Assembly (NCBI GenBank): GCA_041659365.1
Contig: JBAZYH010000001.1
Coordinates: 37,590 to 101,589 of the forward strand
From: Minisyncoccota bacterium
GTDB lineage: Bacteria; Patescibacteriota; Minisyncoccia; Phycocordibacterales; GWA1-40-21
Reading direction: 5' to 3'
Length of the DNA stretch: 64,000 nucleotides
Of this stretch, positions 27,547 through 38,594 are shown in pieces. The position numbers and the translations under genes are program-made. The notes under the pieces were generated by a model, which was given only the letters and a program-made list of their open reading frames with translations, searched no databases and was not told the DNA's origin. Numbering within the stretch: the stretch's first letter is position 1; each line of letters opens with the position of its first letter.

Positions 27547-28188
27547 TTATCGAATACAACGAAATAAACCTATATCACCATCATTGTTATATGTTAAATT
27601 AGGAACAACAACACCATTACCATATTCAACAATATAAAACATTCCACCATCTTCTGTTTCTGTACTAGATAAATAAAAACCAGCTTCACTATTTCTTTTA
27701 AATTTTAAATCATTATTTCCAAAAACTTGATAAGTTAAAGTTTCAATAATTTCATCTTTTGTTGGAAGTCTTTTACCCTTAGAAAAACATTTATCTTTTG
27801 CGTAAGAATAAACACCCTTATCATCTTCATCATCCCATAAATTAAGACTATATTCTGAACATTTATCTGTTGTCTCTCCACAATTAATACCAAAATACAT
27901 TAACTGAGGATTAGGAGTAATTTCTGGTATATAAACCTTACTTTCGTCAGATAATGCTACTTCTAAATCATTTATGGTACCCCCAGGATAATATCCGTTA
28001 TCAGAATAAAACATATTTATAGCATTTTTAACTTGTGCAAGCTGTTGTATTCCAGCAGTTTCTTTTGCTTTTTCTTTTGCATTATTTAAAGAAACTATAA
28101 CAATAGTAGTTAAAAACCCAATGATTGATACAACAACCAGTATTTCTATAAGAGTAAAACCTTTTAAAAATTTATTCCTATTTTTCAT
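27547..28188 (-). CDS. type IV pilin-like protein (prepilin-type N-terminal cleavage/methylation domain)
   Basis: N-terminus KGFTLIEILVVVSIIGFLTTIVIVSL is the class III signal (G/FTLIE) plus hydrophobic helix; the C-terminal globular domain has several Cys. Confidence 0.7.
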   Translation of the reverse strand: MKNRNKFLKGFTLIEILVVVSIIGFLTTIVIVSLNNAKEKAKETAGIQQLAQVKNAINMFYSDNGYYPGGTINDLEVALSDESKVYIPEITPNPQLMYFGINCGETTDKCSEYSLNLWDDEDDKGVYSYAKDKCFSKGKRLPTKDEIIETLTYQVFGNNDLKFKRNSEAGFYLSSTETEDGGMFYIVEYGNGVVVPNLTYNNDGDIGLFRCIR

Positions 28189-28279
28189 AACATTATTATA
28201 TCACTTAATGATTACAAAACCCCATCAGTAATCCTCTCTCTTCCTCCAAATATACAGAACACTTGGTATTCTGTATATT

Positions 28280-29065
28280 TTAAAATAAAGAACCTTTACC
28301 TAAATAATGTCTAAGTGTATATATCCAGTCTTCATCATCATTTTCATTCTCGAGTTTTGAATTCAAAAGCCATTCTAAATATCGTCTGTCGGTCCTCAAC
28401 ACTTCCTCTATTTGTTTATCTTTATATTTTCCAAAAGTAAATATTGTAAAGAGAGATGGTTTTTCTGATATTTCCAACATTTTATCTATTGCATCTATAT
28501 CACTTGGTAATTCTTCTTTTACTTTTAACAAAAGTCTTTGAAAAATAGCATATAAAACATTTACATCACCTTCGGCGTCGTGCGCACTACCTTCTACTTC
28601 AAGATCAAGAAAATATCTTAAATACTGGAGGTTATATTCTGGTATAAGATTTTTAGGATCTAAATATCTAGCAACTCTTAAAGTACAGATCTTTTTAGGG
28701 ACTTTTAATCCTTCTGCTTCAAGCATGGCAATATCAAATTTTGTATTATGAGCTACAAGTATTCCGTCTTTCAACAAAATCTCTAAATCTTTTGACATTG
28801 GACTACCAATGAATGGTGGTTTATCAACCAACATTTTATTTGTAATATGAGTAATACTCATAGATTTTACAGACATAGGAAGCGGTGGTTTAAAGTATTC
28901 AGTAAAGGTCCCCTTTGAGGTTTTATAACAAACCTGACAAAGTCTATCTTTGCCCAATTCATTACCTGTTGTTTCTGTATCTAAAAATATTAATTCTTTC
29001 ATCTGATTTTGCAAAATCACGTCACCCAACTGTCCTCTTAGGGGGACGCAAACTGATTTAGACAT
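28280..29065 (-). CDS. DEDDh 3'-5' exonuclease (DnaQ/ExoX-like) with C-terminal DUF3820-like motif
   Basis: Exo I LIFLDTETTG, Exo II VAHNTKFDIAML, Exo III HDAEGDVNVL; C-terminal FGKYKDKQIEEVLRTDRRYLEWLL. Confidence 0.75.
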   Translation of the reverse strand: MSKSVCVPLRGQLGDVILQNQMKELIFLDTETTGNELGKDRLCQVCYKTSKGTFTEYFKPPLPMSVKSMSITHITNKMLVDKPPFIGSPMSKDLEILLKDGILVAHNTKFDIAMLEAEGLKVPKKICTLRVARYLDPKNLIPEYNLQYLRYFLDLEVEGSAHDAEGDVNVLYAIFQRLLLKVKEELPSDIDAIDKMLEISEKPSLFTIFTFGKYKDKQIEEVLRTDRRYLEWLLNSKLENENDDEDWIYTLRHYLGKGSLF

Positions 29066-29233
29066 ATTCTTAAAAATATGACATTATCTATTAAAATTTA
29101 TAAATTAAGTATATCAAAAAATATGATATTAAAATAGAGAAAATAAATCTGGATTGCCAAGAATTAATAGACAAACAAATGAAAAAACAAACTAGGTTTA
29201 ATAAAATAAAAACATATGATATTAAATCAATAC

Positions 29234-29923
29234 TTAATGATTATACTTAATATTCATCTCTCTATCCATATCGTCCATATATTCTTTTGTGGTTTTAAGT
29301 TTTATATCTTTTATTGATAAAACAGCATTTACTTCACCGCGACTAATTAATTTAAATACTAATTGCAATTTTGTTGATTCAAATATTGGTTCAGCTGTAC
29401 CATCCATATAATCATCACGAGACATCTGAAGATCTGAACCAATATATCCAATTATTTCAGAATTGTCATTTAAATCTTTAAGAGATACAACAAAATAGTC
29501 TCCATCACCAGCCTTGGTAAATTTATAATTAAAAGTCAAAACTCCACCATCAAAATCTTTCGGAACATCAACTACTGCAAACACACCAGCATTAGCTTCT
29601 TCTTTTATGAGATACTCACCATTATTAAATATAACATCCCCAAATGTTTCAAAAATATTTTTTATTGTGTTTGTATTAAATTCACTTATTGATAAAACTT
29701 TTGATTTTATTGTTGTCGTCCCAACATTTCCATCAGAAACTGTCATATTTACTACTTTATCATTATCAATAATATTATCAGTAGTCGTTGTTGCTATTAT
29801 GGAGATAGTATTTTGTACATTTATTTTTTTATTTACATAAATATAAAAACCCCCACCAATTAATAACAAAATAATAACTGCAATTATTATTGAAAGTTTA
29901 AAATATTTTTGATTATTTTTCAT
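29234..29923 (-). CDS. hypothetical membrane-anchored extracytoplasmic protein
   Basis: N-terminal TM; Thr/Asn-rich linker; 150-aa domain; no family recognised. Confidence 0.4.
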   Translation of the reverse strand: MKNNQKYFKLSIIIAVIILLLIGGGFYIYVNKKINVQNTISIIATTTTDNIIDNDKVVNMTVSDGNVGTTTIKSKVLSISEFNTNTIKNIFETFGDVIFNNGEYLIKEEANAGVFAVVDVPKDFDGGVLTFNYKFTKAGDGDYFVVSLKDLNDNSEIIGYIGSDLQMSRDDYMDGTAEPIFESTKLQLVFKLISRGEVNAVLSIKDIKLKTTKEYMDDMDREMNIKYNH

Positions 29924-30034
29924 AATAAAATTATATCAAAATCTATTTAATAATGATACTTTAATTTATTTTATAAATACCACTTTGTCTTTACGAGTAG
30001 AAAAAAATAATCCAGATTTAATAAAACAAAAATC

Positions 30035-30071
30035 GAGGAGACACCTTTTTGAAGATTTAAGGTCTCACCTC
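30035..30071. repeat. conserved imperfect hairpin element (copy c)
   Basis: aaaaatcGAGGAGACACCtttttgaagatttaaGGTCTCACCTCaattttt; downstream of the RRM gene stop region. Confidence 0.6.
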
Positions 30072-30131
30072 AATTTTTGTTTAAAAAAAAACACACTTTC
30101 GTGTGTTTTTTTAAAAAACTCTAAGATAATA

Positions 30132-30398
30132 TTAGTATCTGCTTGGTCTTTCTTCCTTTGGTCTTGCTTCGTTTACTGTCAATTTTCTGCCATCAAGCTC
30201 TTGACCATTCCACATCTCTATAGCTGCCTTTGCACCTTCATCTGTTGCCATCTCAACAAAGCCGAAGCCTTTTGATCTACCTGTCATTTTGTCCATGATG
30301 ATAGCTGCTGATGTAACTTCTCCTGCTTTTGAAAAAGCTGCTGATAAAGCGTCCTCTGATGTGCTATAAGAAACACCACCTACATATAATTTCTTCAT
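30132..30398 (-). CDS. RNA-binding protein with single RRM domain
   Basis: RNP-2 LYVGGV, RNP-1 KGFGFVEM; 88 aa. Confidence 0.8.
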   Translation of the reverse strand: MKKLYVGGVSYSTSEDALSAAFSKAGEVTSAAIIMDKMTGRSKGFGFVEMATDEGAKAAIEMWNGQELDGRKLTVNEARPKEERPSRY

Positions 30399-30628
30399 TC
30401 TCTAAATATATTAACACTAACTTAATAAAACCCTAAAATTTTCCAGGAGATAGAAAGATGACTAACCTTTCAAAAATATCCAAGATACTTCTTAGTTATT
30501 GACAAGTATATACCATATTGAATATTTTGTCAACATCAAAAATATCCTATTTTATAAGGGTATCTGTTGATAACTTTAGTTTATACAAACTTAATTACCT
30601 TCTATAGATAAATAGAAATAAAAAAACT

Positions 30629-30665
30629 GAGGAGACACCTTTTTAAAGATTTAAGGTCTCACCTC
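30629..30665. repeat. conserved imperfect hairpin element (copy d), immediately downstream of rpoD
   Basis: aaaaaactGAGGAGACACCtttttaaagatttaaGGTCTCACCTCggtttttt. Confidence 0.6.
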
Positions 30666-30681
30666 GGTTTTTTCTACTTAT

Positions 30682-31923
30682 TTAATAACTCTGCAATCTA
30701 TTTATCTTCTCATGATTTCTTATCTTTTCATGAGCCTTGGCTTCAATCTGTCTTATTCTCTCTCTTGTAACGCCAAATTCTGTTCCCACCTCTTCAAGAG
30801 TGTGAGTAACCCCATCATTTAAACCATGTCTCATTTCAAGTATTTTTCTTTCTTTGAGAGAAAGATCGTCGAGTATTTCTTTTACTTGGTCGGATAATAT
30901 TCTTCTTGAAGATTCTTGATCTGGAGAAAGTATCTTATCATCTGCAACAAAGTCCCCGAGAGTAGACTTACCATCATCACTATCATCACCAACGGGTGCC
31001 TCGAGAGAAACAGTATCTTGGTCAATCTTTTCAATCATATAAACTTTTTCTACTTCAAGACCCATCTCTGTAGCGATTTCATCTGACATTGGTTCTCTAC
31101 CCAAATCTTGTGAAAGTCTTCTGTAAACTTGTTTGTATTTTGCAATAGTTTCAACCATGTGTACGGGGACACGAATAGTTCTTGATTGATCTGCGAGAGC
31201 TCTTGTAATAGCTTGTCTGATCCACCATGTAGCATAAGTAGAAAACTTATAACCCTTTGTCCAATCAAATTTATCTACAGCTTTAAAAAGACCCAGGTTT
31301 CCTTCTTGTATCAAATCAAGAAGTGTAAGATCTGCACTTCTACCAACATATTTTTTTGCAATAGAAACAACAAGTCTAAGGTTTGCTTTTGCAAGAAGAC
31401 TCTTCGCTTCTGTATCACCGGCCTCAATTTTCCTAGCCAAATCTTTCTCCATAGAAGCACTTATAAGTGGGTACTGCCCTATTTCTTTAAGATAAATTTG
31501 TATAGAGTCATAGCTAGCATCTGCTGATCTACCACTATATGTATATTTCTTTACTTGTTCATCAAGAACCTCAAGCATTCCACCTCCTTCAAGAACGTCG
31601 ATACCAGCGACTATAAATTTATTATAAAGTTCATCAAGAAAAATAACATCGTCTTCAATCTTTGGAAATTCTTTTAAAATCTCATCATAAGTAACAAAAC
31701 CTCTTTCTCTACCCTTATTCAATATTCTTTCGGCCTTAATATCACTTTCTCTCCTTTTAATAGAAACTTTGGGAGAAGAAATTGTTTTTTGTTTTATTTC
31801 TTCTTTTTTAGCAACTTTTTTAACAACAGTTTTTTTGACTGGCTTTGCTTTTATAACTTTTGGTTTAGAGACTTTTGCTTTTTTTGCCTTAGATACAACT
31901 TTTGTTTTTTTCTTTGATGACAT
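30682..31923 (-). CDS. rpoD: RNA polymerase sigma factor RpoD (sigma-70 family) with Lys-rich N-terminal region
   Basis: Region 2 [54 protein letters not shown]; region 4 [23 protein letters not shown]. Confidence 0.9.
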   Translation of the reverse strand: MSSKKKTKVVSKAKKAKVSKPKVIKAKPVKKTVVKKVAKKEEIKQKTISSPKVSIKRRESDIKAERILNKGRERGFVTYDEILKEFPKIEDDVIFLDELYNKFIVAGIDVLEGGGMLEVLDEQVKKYTYSGRSADASYDSIQIYLKEIGQYPLISASMEKDLARKIEAGDTEAKSLLAKANLRLVVSIAKKYVGRSADLTLLDLIQEGNLGLFKAVDKFDWTKGYKFSTYATWWIRQAITRALADQSRTIRVPVHMVETIAKYKQVYRRLSQDLGREPMSDEIATEMGLEVEKVYMIEKIDQDTVSLEAPVGDDSDDGKSTLGDFVADDKILSPDQESSRRILSDQVKEILDDLSLKERKILEMRHGLNDGVTHTLEEVGTEFGVTRERIRQIEAKAHEKIRNHEKINRLQSY

Positions 31924-31927
31924 ATTT

Positions 31928-33670
31928 TTATATAAATTTATTAACTTCTTTTTTAATCTCGCCCAGCCTTTTCATTATTTCATTCAACCTTATTGATATT
32001 GAACTTGCCCTATCTGTAGCTTTTTCACCTTCGGCCTTTTTTAAATCTGACAACAAACTAGTAATCTCTTTTTTAAAATATTCTTCCTGTAAATTTAACA
32101 GGAGGTATTCTATTTCTCTCTTTATTTTATTATCATCTAAATTACCATAATACCCTTCAGCCTCAAATGCAAGTTCACTTTGTTTATCTTTCAGTTCAGT
32201 TTCAAATTTATTATAATTATCTTGTCCTAAGATGTCCTTAATTTTAACTTTCAAACCACCAGAATCTATTATAGTTTTATCTTTTAATGTCTCCTGACTA
32301 GCTATTATAGATGCCAAACTTCTTTCTATAGAACCTTTCTTTAATCTATCTGAACTTATCTCTCTTTCTATTGTTTTATTTTCCTCTTGATTCTTTATTT
32401 GAAACTCTTCATCCAATTTTACTTTATTCAAATCCTCCATTACATATTCTTCTTTCGTCCCTACTATATCTGCAATCTTTGCCACATATCTACCTTTTTC
32501 AGTTTCACTTTGCAAAAGATAAATATACGGTAGTACCCGCTTTTTTATTTCTGGCCAAAGTTTTTTCTTATCTGTAATTTCTGAAGTTATTCTATTTAAA
32601 AGAAAATCAATCAAATGTATAGAATTTTTTATAACATCTTTAAATTTCTCTTTGTCCTTTAATACTAAATCTGCAGGATCAAAACCATCTGGTATTGCCG
32701 CAACTTTAACATCCATTCCTAAAGATAGAGCTAACGCCCACCCCCTTTCTGCAGCTTTTGCCCCGGCATTATCAGAATCAAAAGACATTATTATCTTATT
32801 TGAAATTCTTTTTAATATAGTTAAATGATCAATAGTGAGAGCTGTCCCAGAAGAAGCTACGGTATTTGTAAAACCAGCTTGATGAGACATTATTATATCC
32901 ATTTGACCTTCTACAAGAATAGAAAAATCAAACTTTCTAATAGAGTGTTTTGCTCTATCAAGTCCGTAAAGAATTCTAGATTTATCAAAAACTTCTGTTT
33001 GTGGACTATTCAAGTATTTTGCAGACTTTCCATCATCATGAAGAATTCTTCCTGAGAAAGCAATAACTCTTCCAGCAGTATCAAAGATAGGAAACATTAT
33101 TCTACCTCTGAATCTATCATAAGTGTTTTGACCTTCTGTCTTTATCATACCAGCACGAAGCATTTCATCATCAGTATAACCTTTTGACTTCAAATATTCA
33201 TATATAGTTCTCCATTCATCTCTCACATATCCTACTCTCCACTCTTTAATAGTTTTTTCTGTAAGTCCTCTCTTCTTTAAATATTCAAGAGGTATTTCTT
33301 CGTCCAACAAATTCTTCTCTAAAAACAAAGTTGTAGCTTCAAGTAGTGAAAATATTCTTTCTCTTTTATCATCAACTTTTGGAGCAAACTGTTCTATAGT
33401 AATACCCGCTTTGTCTGCAAGAAGTTTTAATGCACCAATAAAATCTATACTTTCAAACTCTTGAACAAAAGTAAAAATATCTCCCTTTGCCTGACATCCA
33501 AAACAGTAGTAACTTCCGCGATCTGGAGACACAAAAAAAGACGGCGTTTTTTCATTGTGAAAAGGACACCTTGCTTTGAAGTTGTTACCAGCTCTTTCTA
33601 ATTTTATGTAAGAGCCGACAACTTCTTCAATACTTAATTTTTCTTTTATTTGTTCTACGGATGAGGACAT
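31928..33670 (-). CDS. dnaG: DNA primase DnaG
   Basis: CHC2 zinc finger [30 protein letters not shown]; [32 protein letters not shown]...SFDSDNAG. Confidence 0.9.
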   Translation of the reverse strand: MSSSVEQIKEKLSIEEVVGSYIKLERAGNNFKARCPFHNEKTPSFFVSPDRGSYYCFGCQAKGDIFTFVQEFESIDFIGALKLLADKAGITIEQFAPKVDDKRERIFSLLEATTLFLEKNLLDEEIPLEYLKKRGLTEKTIKEWRVGYVRDEWRTIYEYLKSKGYTDDEMLRAGMIKTEGQNTYDRFRGRIMFPIFDTAGRVIAFSGRILHDDGKSAKYLNSPQTEVFDKSRILYGLDRAKHSIRKFDFSILVEGQMDIIMSHQAGFTNTVASSGTALTIDHLTILKRISNKIIMSFDSDNAGAKAAERGWALALSLGMDVKVAAIPDGFDPADLVLKDKEKFKDVIKNSIHLIDFLLNRITSEITDKKKLWPEIKKRVLPYIYLLQSETEKGRYVAKIADIVGTKEEYVMEDLNKVKLDEEFQIKNQEENKTIEREISSDRLKKGSIERSLASIIASQETLKDKTIIDSGGLKVKIKDILGQDNYNKFETELKDKQSELAFEAEGYYGNLDDNKIKREIEYLLLNLQEEYFKKEITSLLSDLKKAEGEKATDRASSISIRLNEIMKRLGEIKKEVNKFI

Positions 33671-33681
33671 AAATATAATAT

Positions 33682-34686
33682 TTATTTAATTAAAAAATAA
33701 TTATCACTAGAATCACAAATGTTTTTACCACCTATAAAATCACAAATTTTAATCTTATATTTAGTATTAGTTTTAATGTCATTATCTCCAGGAAAAGATG
33801 ATACAAAAACCCCTTCTCCTAAATTATCAATATAATAACGATTATCCTCTCTTACGATTGAATCATTAGTATCAATAATATAAACCTTAAAATTTGGCAA
33901 CGAAGAATATACACCGTTAATACTAGATGTTGCCGATGGAAAATATTTATTTCCCTCTGAGGTAGTCCACCTAAACATTAAATCTCCGGCCATAATAATC
34001 TGACTATAAGGGATAACTTCACCTCCATTTGGTGAAAGAACAGTAATTGAGGGTTGAATTAAGGTTGCTTCACATTTTTCCTCCCAAACTCTCAAGCATT
34101 TATTTTTTACTTCACACCAAGAATATCCAGCTGAACCTGTACAACCATGAATATCTTTATCACCACCTACAATATTATTCATAAATTTAAATGATGAAAT
34201 AATATTTTGACCAACTAGATATTCTGGTGAAGCCTCTTTAGTTGCTTTACTAACATCTAAATTCCACCAAGATTGAGCAGGCTGGTTACTACCAAAATCA
34301 GCAATAGATTCTATTCGCCCATCTGGCATATATATCAAGACACGATAACTGACCCCGATACTTTGGTATCCTGGAAAATTGTAACGGAGAGGGCTTTCAA
34401 CTGTTATTGATACAGTAACTGCATTTGATGTATTATTAATATTACTTTTATCAATAATTTTCCAATCTGATGGATATTTTACTTCAAATCCACCCCAAGT
34501 ATTTGTATAAGTTTTCCAATCTTTAGTCTCATCTATAGTTGGTGCAGATCTACCAGGAAAACAAAGCGGTGGCCAACAAGGGAAATTACTCTTTGATGTT
34601 TTTATATAGAATATTCCACCGCCAATTGCAAAAATAGCAACAATAGCGATTATTATAGGAATGACGAAACCTTTTTGTGAATTCAT
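33682..34686 (-). CDS. hypothetical membrane-anchored/secreted protein (Cys-containing extracytoplasmic domain)
   Basis: N-terminal TM IPIIIAIVAIFAIGGGIFYI; no family recognised. Confidence 0.4.
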   Translation of the reverse strand: MNSQKGFVIPIIIAIVAIFAIGGGIFYIKTSKSNFPCWPPLCFPGRSAPTIDETKDWKTYTNTWGGFEVKYPSDWKIIDKSNINNTSNAVTVSITVESPLRYNFPGYQSIGVSYRVLIYMPDGRIESIADFGSNQPAQSWWNLDVSKATKEASPEYLVGQNIISSFKFMNNIVGGDKDIHGCTGSAGYSWCEVKNKCLRVWEEKCEATLIQPSITVLSPNGGEVIPYSQIIMAGDLMFRWTTSEGNKYFPSATSSINGVYSSLPNFKVYIIDTNDSIVREDNRYYIDNLGEGVFVSSFPGDNDIKTNTKYKIKICDFIGGKNICDSSDNYFLIK

Positions 34687-34774
34687 AGTTTAATTAATTA
34701 ATCTAATTAATAAACAATTTTTAGGAGTCGGTCTTTATGAAGATAATCCCCGAAACAATCTATTTTTAAAAATT

Positions 34775-34858
34775 CTGGATTGCTTCGGGATTGCCCTCGC
34801 AAAGACGAACTCGATACCCTGAAAGGAACTCTGGATTCCCGTCTTCACGGGAATGACA
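34775..34858. repeat. two short palindromic repeat elements between rpoC stop and downstream gene
   Basis: ctggattgcttcgggattgccctcgcaaagacg (34775-34807); ctggattcccgtcttcacgggaatgaca (34831-34858). Confidence 0.55.
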
Positions 34859-34884
34859 AATACCTTAAAACTATAATCTAAAAT

Positions 34885-37800
34885 CTAATTTTCGTAACTA
34901 TCTCCATCCAACTCTTGTTGAAGATCTTTTATCATTTGGTATTTCTTACTACCCGCAAAACCAGTACCAGCAGGAATTACTCTACCAATAATAACATTTT
35001 CTTTTAGACCAGTTAAACTATCTTTTGTACCCTTAATAGCAGCATTTATAAGTATTCTTACTGTGTGTTGGAATGATGCAGCTGAAAGGAAACTCCTTCT
35101 GGAAAGTGAAGATTCTGTAATACCCATAACCATAAGTTTTGCTTCCATTTCTTTTCCTTTCTTTTCTTTGATATCTCTATTTTCAAGAACTAAATCAAGT
35201 TCATCGATAATATCTCCAATGCAATAATCTGAAGTACCTGGATCAGTAACAACCTTCTTTGAGAACATTTGTTTAACAATAATCTCAATGTGTTTTCTAG
35301 CAACAGCTTCTCCTTGAAGTTCATAAGGTTTACCAACTTCAGTAATAATATAATCCATCGCTCTATCTTTTCCTGCGAATTCAAATATTTCATCTGTATC
35401 TGCAGAACCATCTGTAAGTAGTTGTCCTTTCGCAATCTTTTCTCCAACTTTTACAAGTGGCATTCTTTTTGGACTAAACACATACTCAACTTCACCAGAC
35501 TTCTTTACCTTACCCTTATCTTCTATATCAGCCATAACTGTAATTATTTTTTCTTTACCAAAATCTTTTACAGAAGTTACAAGTCCGTTTACAGTAGCAA
35601 CTATAGCAGGGTTCTTTGGTCTTCTCTTTTCAAAGATTTCTTCAACTCTAGGCAAACCTTGTGTAATATCTCCACCAACAGATGCAGTACCTCCAGAGTG
35701 GAAAGTTCTCATTGTAAGCTGTGTACCTGGCTCACCGATAGCCTGTGCAGCTATTGTACCAACAGCTTCTCCAACATCTATAAGTGCACTTCTTCCAAGA
35801 TCCATACCGTAACATTTTGCACAAATACCGTGTAGTGTTTTACATGACAATGGTGATCTAGCAACAATTCTTTCTACTTCAGCTTGTTCTATCTTTTGTG
35901 CATCATCCTTTGTAAGTAAATGTCCTTTTTCGAACATAACCTTTCCATCTTTTAGAATCACATCTTCAGCAAGTACTCTACCTCTAATATTTTTTGCTAC
36001 AGAAGAGCCTGTGTCCATACCTGAATTTCCTTTTATAATAATACCTTCTTTTGTTCCACAATCTTGTTCTGTAATTATTATATCCTGAGCAACATCAAAC
36101 AATCTTCTTGTAAGATATCCGGCTTTAGCAGTGTTTAATGCTGTGTCTGTAAGACCTTTTCTTGAACCGTGAGTTGTAATGAAATATTCAATAGGTGTAA
36201 GACCTTCTTTTGTAGAACTTATAACTGGGAATTCAATAGTTTCACCCATTGTGTTCTGAATCAAACCTTTCATACCAGCCATTTGTGTAAGAGAACCTAG
36301 AGATCCTCTAGCTCCTGACTTCCACATATCATATACAGAACCATTCTTATCAAGTGCTCCAGGAATAAGTTTCTCGAGCTCACCTTTTGCACCCTGCCAT
36401 ATTTCAACATTTCTTCTAACTCTTTCTTCTTCAGTTAGTAAACCTTCATTAAACTGTTCCATAACTTCCAAAGATTTACCTTTTGCAGATTTAATAACAC
36501 CTCCTTTTTCTACAGGAATTTGTACGTCATCAATACCCCAAGTAACTCCAGAAACTGTTGCATATTTAAATCCAAAATTCTTAATCTTATCCATGATAGG
36601 AGCAATCTTGTCTGGACCATGTTGTATTATAAGATCATCAATAATTTTTGATATTTGTTTTTTATCTATCTCTTTATTTACAAAAGGATAGTCACTAGGA
36701 AGAACACTGTTGAAAAGTAATCTTCCAACACTAGTCTCAAAAAGTTGTCCATTAAACTGAGCATACTTTATTTTTTCTGATGGTAAGATTTTTATTTTTG
36801 TTCTAAATCCTACAATACCAAGATCATATGCAGTAATACCAGCATTTGTAGATGAAAAATATTTACCCTCTCCCTTTTCACCTTCAACAATTTTTGTCAT
36901 CCAGAAACAACCAAGAACGATATCCAAAAGCTTTGCAGAAATTGTTGGTTCTCCATTTCCTGGTCTCAAAACGTTTTTATTAGCAGCCATTATATCTCGT
37001 GCCTCTCTTTGTGCTTCTTCTCCAAGTGGTACGTGAACAGCCATCTGGTCACCATCGAAGTCAGCATTAAAAGCAGTACATACAAGTGGGTGAACTTGAA
37101 TAGCATTACCCTCTATAAGTATAGGTCTGAAAGCTTGAATACCAAGCCTGTGAAGTGTAGGTGCTCTGTTTAAAAGTACATATTTATCTTTAATAACATC
37201 TTCAAGTATTGCCCAAACTTCGGCTACGCCATCATCTATAAGCTTACCTGCACCTCTTATATTGTAAGCTAATTCTTTACTCAAAAGCTGAGAAATAACA
37301 AACGGTCTAAAAAGCTCAAGTGCCATATGTTTTGGCAAACCACACTGGTCAAGATGAAGATCAGGACCAACAACAATAACGGATCTACCTGAATAGTCTA
37401 CACGCTTACCCAAAAGGTTAAGTCTAAACAAACCTCTTTTACCCTTAAGGTTATCTGCGAGAGATTTAAGAGGTCTCTTTTGTGATGCACTTCCTAAAGC
37501 TGAAAATAGTGAGTTACCATGTCTAATAGAATTATCTATAAGAGCGTCTACAGCTTCTTGTAAAATTCTTTTTTCATTTCTTAAAATAACATCAGGAGCA
37601 CTTATTTCTTTAAGCTTAAGTAATCTATTATTTCTATTTATAACTCTTCTGTACAAATCATTCACATCTGATGTAGCAAATCTACCTCCATCAAGCGGAA
37701 CCATAGGTCTAAGTGCTGGTGGTATAACTGGAATTTTTGTAAGGAACATCCACTCAGGTCTTGAACCAGAAGCTATCATAGATCTTATAAGACTAAGTCT

Positions 37801-38562
37801 CTTATTTAATTTTTCACTATCAATAGTATTTGCTTTTTCAAGTTTTCCTTCAATTTTCTTTGCAAGCTCTACTAAATCAAGTTTTTTTAATATTTCATAA
37901 ATAACTTCTCCACCGATACCAGCTTCAAAAGCTGCACCGTATTTAATAGAAAACTTATGGAACATAACTTCATCCAAAACTTTTCCTTCTTGGATACTCT
38001 CAACTTCTTTCTTTGCATTAAGAGCCATCTCTTTAAGAGCCTCCTTCGTCTTTTCGTCTGTAACAGATTTTACTTTGTTTTTGAATTCGTTATCTATTTC
38101 TTTAAGAATTCTTTCTTTTTCTGATTCTGTTGTTTTTATAATTATGTATCCTGCAAAGTATATAACTTTTTCAAGATCACCTACTGACATTCCCATTATT
38201 GCACCCAATCTTGAAGGAGTACCCCTCAAAAACCAGATATGAGAAACAGGTGATGAAAGCGCAATGTGTCCCATTCTCTCTCTTCTTACTATTGATCTTA
38301 TTATTTCAACCCCACATTTTTCACAAACAATTCCCTTATATCTTATACCTTTGTATTTACCACAGTAACATTCATAATCCTTATCTGGACCAAATATCTT
38401 CTCATCGAAAAGTCCGCCTCTTTCTGATCTCTGAGTTCTGTAATTTATAGTTTCTGGTTTTGTGATCTCACCAAAAGACCATCCTTCGATGACTTCTGGA
38501 GAAGCAACACTAATAGATATTATGTTGAAATTTTGATCTGCTGATGATTTATTTATTTTCAT
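34885..38562 (-). CDS. rpoC: DNA-directed RNA polymerase subunit beta'
   Basis: Zinc finger CYCGKYKGIRYKGIVCEKCGVEI, catalytic NADFDGDQMAVH, full-length 1225 aa. Confidence 0.95.
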   Translation of the reverse strand: MKINKSSADQNFNIISISVASPEVIEGWSFGEITKPETINYRTQRSERGGLFDEKIFGPDKDYECYCGKYKGIRYKGIVCEKCGVEIIRSIVRRERMGHIALSSPVSHIWFLRGTPSRLGAIMGMSVGDLEKVIYFAGYIIIKTTESEKERILKEIDNEFKNKVKSVTDEKTKEALKEMALNAKKEVESIQEGKVLDEVMFHKFSIKYGAAFEAGIGGEVIYEILKKLDLVELAKKIEGKLEKANTIDSEKLNKRLSLIRSMIASGSRPEWMFLTKIPVIPPALRPMVPLDGGRFATSDVNDLYRRVINRNNRLLKLKEISAPDVILRNEKRILQEAVDALIDNSIRHGNSLFSALGSASQKRPLKSLADNLKGKRGLFRLNLLGKRVDYSGRSVIVVGPDLHLDQCGLPKHMALELFRPFVISQLLSKELAYNIRGAGKLIDDGVAEVWAILEDVIKDKYVLLNRAPTLHRLGIQAFRPILIEGNAIQVHPLVCTAFNADFDGDQMAVHVPLGEEAQREARDIMAANKNVLRPGNGEPTISAKLLDIVLGCFWMTKIVEGEKGEGKYFSSTNAGITAYDLGIVGFRTKIKILPSEKIKYAQFNGQLFETSVGRLLFNSVLPSDYPFVNKEIDKKQISKIIDDLIIQHGPDKIAPIMDKIKNFGFKYATVSGVTWGIDDVQIPVEKGGVIKSAKGKSLEVMEQFNEGLLTEEERVRRNVEIWQGAKGELEKLIPGALDKNGSVYDMWKSGARGSLGSLTQMAGMKGLIQNTMGETIEFPVISSTKEGLTPIEYFITTHGSRKGLTDTALNTAKAGYLTRRLFDVAQDIIITEQDCGTKEGIIIKGNSGMDTGSSVAKNIRGRVLAEDVILKDGKVMFEKGHLLTKDDAQKIEQAEVERIVARSPLSCKTLHGICAKCYGMDLGRSALIDVGEAVGTIAAQAIGEPGTQLTMRTFHSGGTASVGGDITQGLPRVEEIFEKRRPKNPAIVATVNGLVTSVKDFGKEKIITVMADIEDKGKVKKSGEVEYVFSPKRMPLVKVGEKIAKGQLLTDGSADTDEIFEFAGKDRAMDYIITEVGKPYELQGEAVARKHIEIIVKQMFSKKVVTDPGTSDYCIGDIIDELDLVLENRDIKEKKGKEMEAKLMVMGITESSLSRRSFLSAASFQHTVRILINAAIKGTKDSLTGLKENVIIGRVIPAGTGFAGSKKYQMIKDLQQELDGDSYEN

Positions 38563-38594
38563 ATTTTTGTTTTTAGTTATTTTATTTGCAAAAA

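Noticed and set aside
35422-35835. Antisense ORFs inside rpoC, rpoB, the giant surface-protein gene (e.g. 55278-56363, 361 aa; 53454-53897) and other long genes
   Set aside because: They are opposite-strand shadows of strongly supported long CDSs; the low-complexity Ser/Val/Thr translations mirror the Thr/Ser-rich sense frame.
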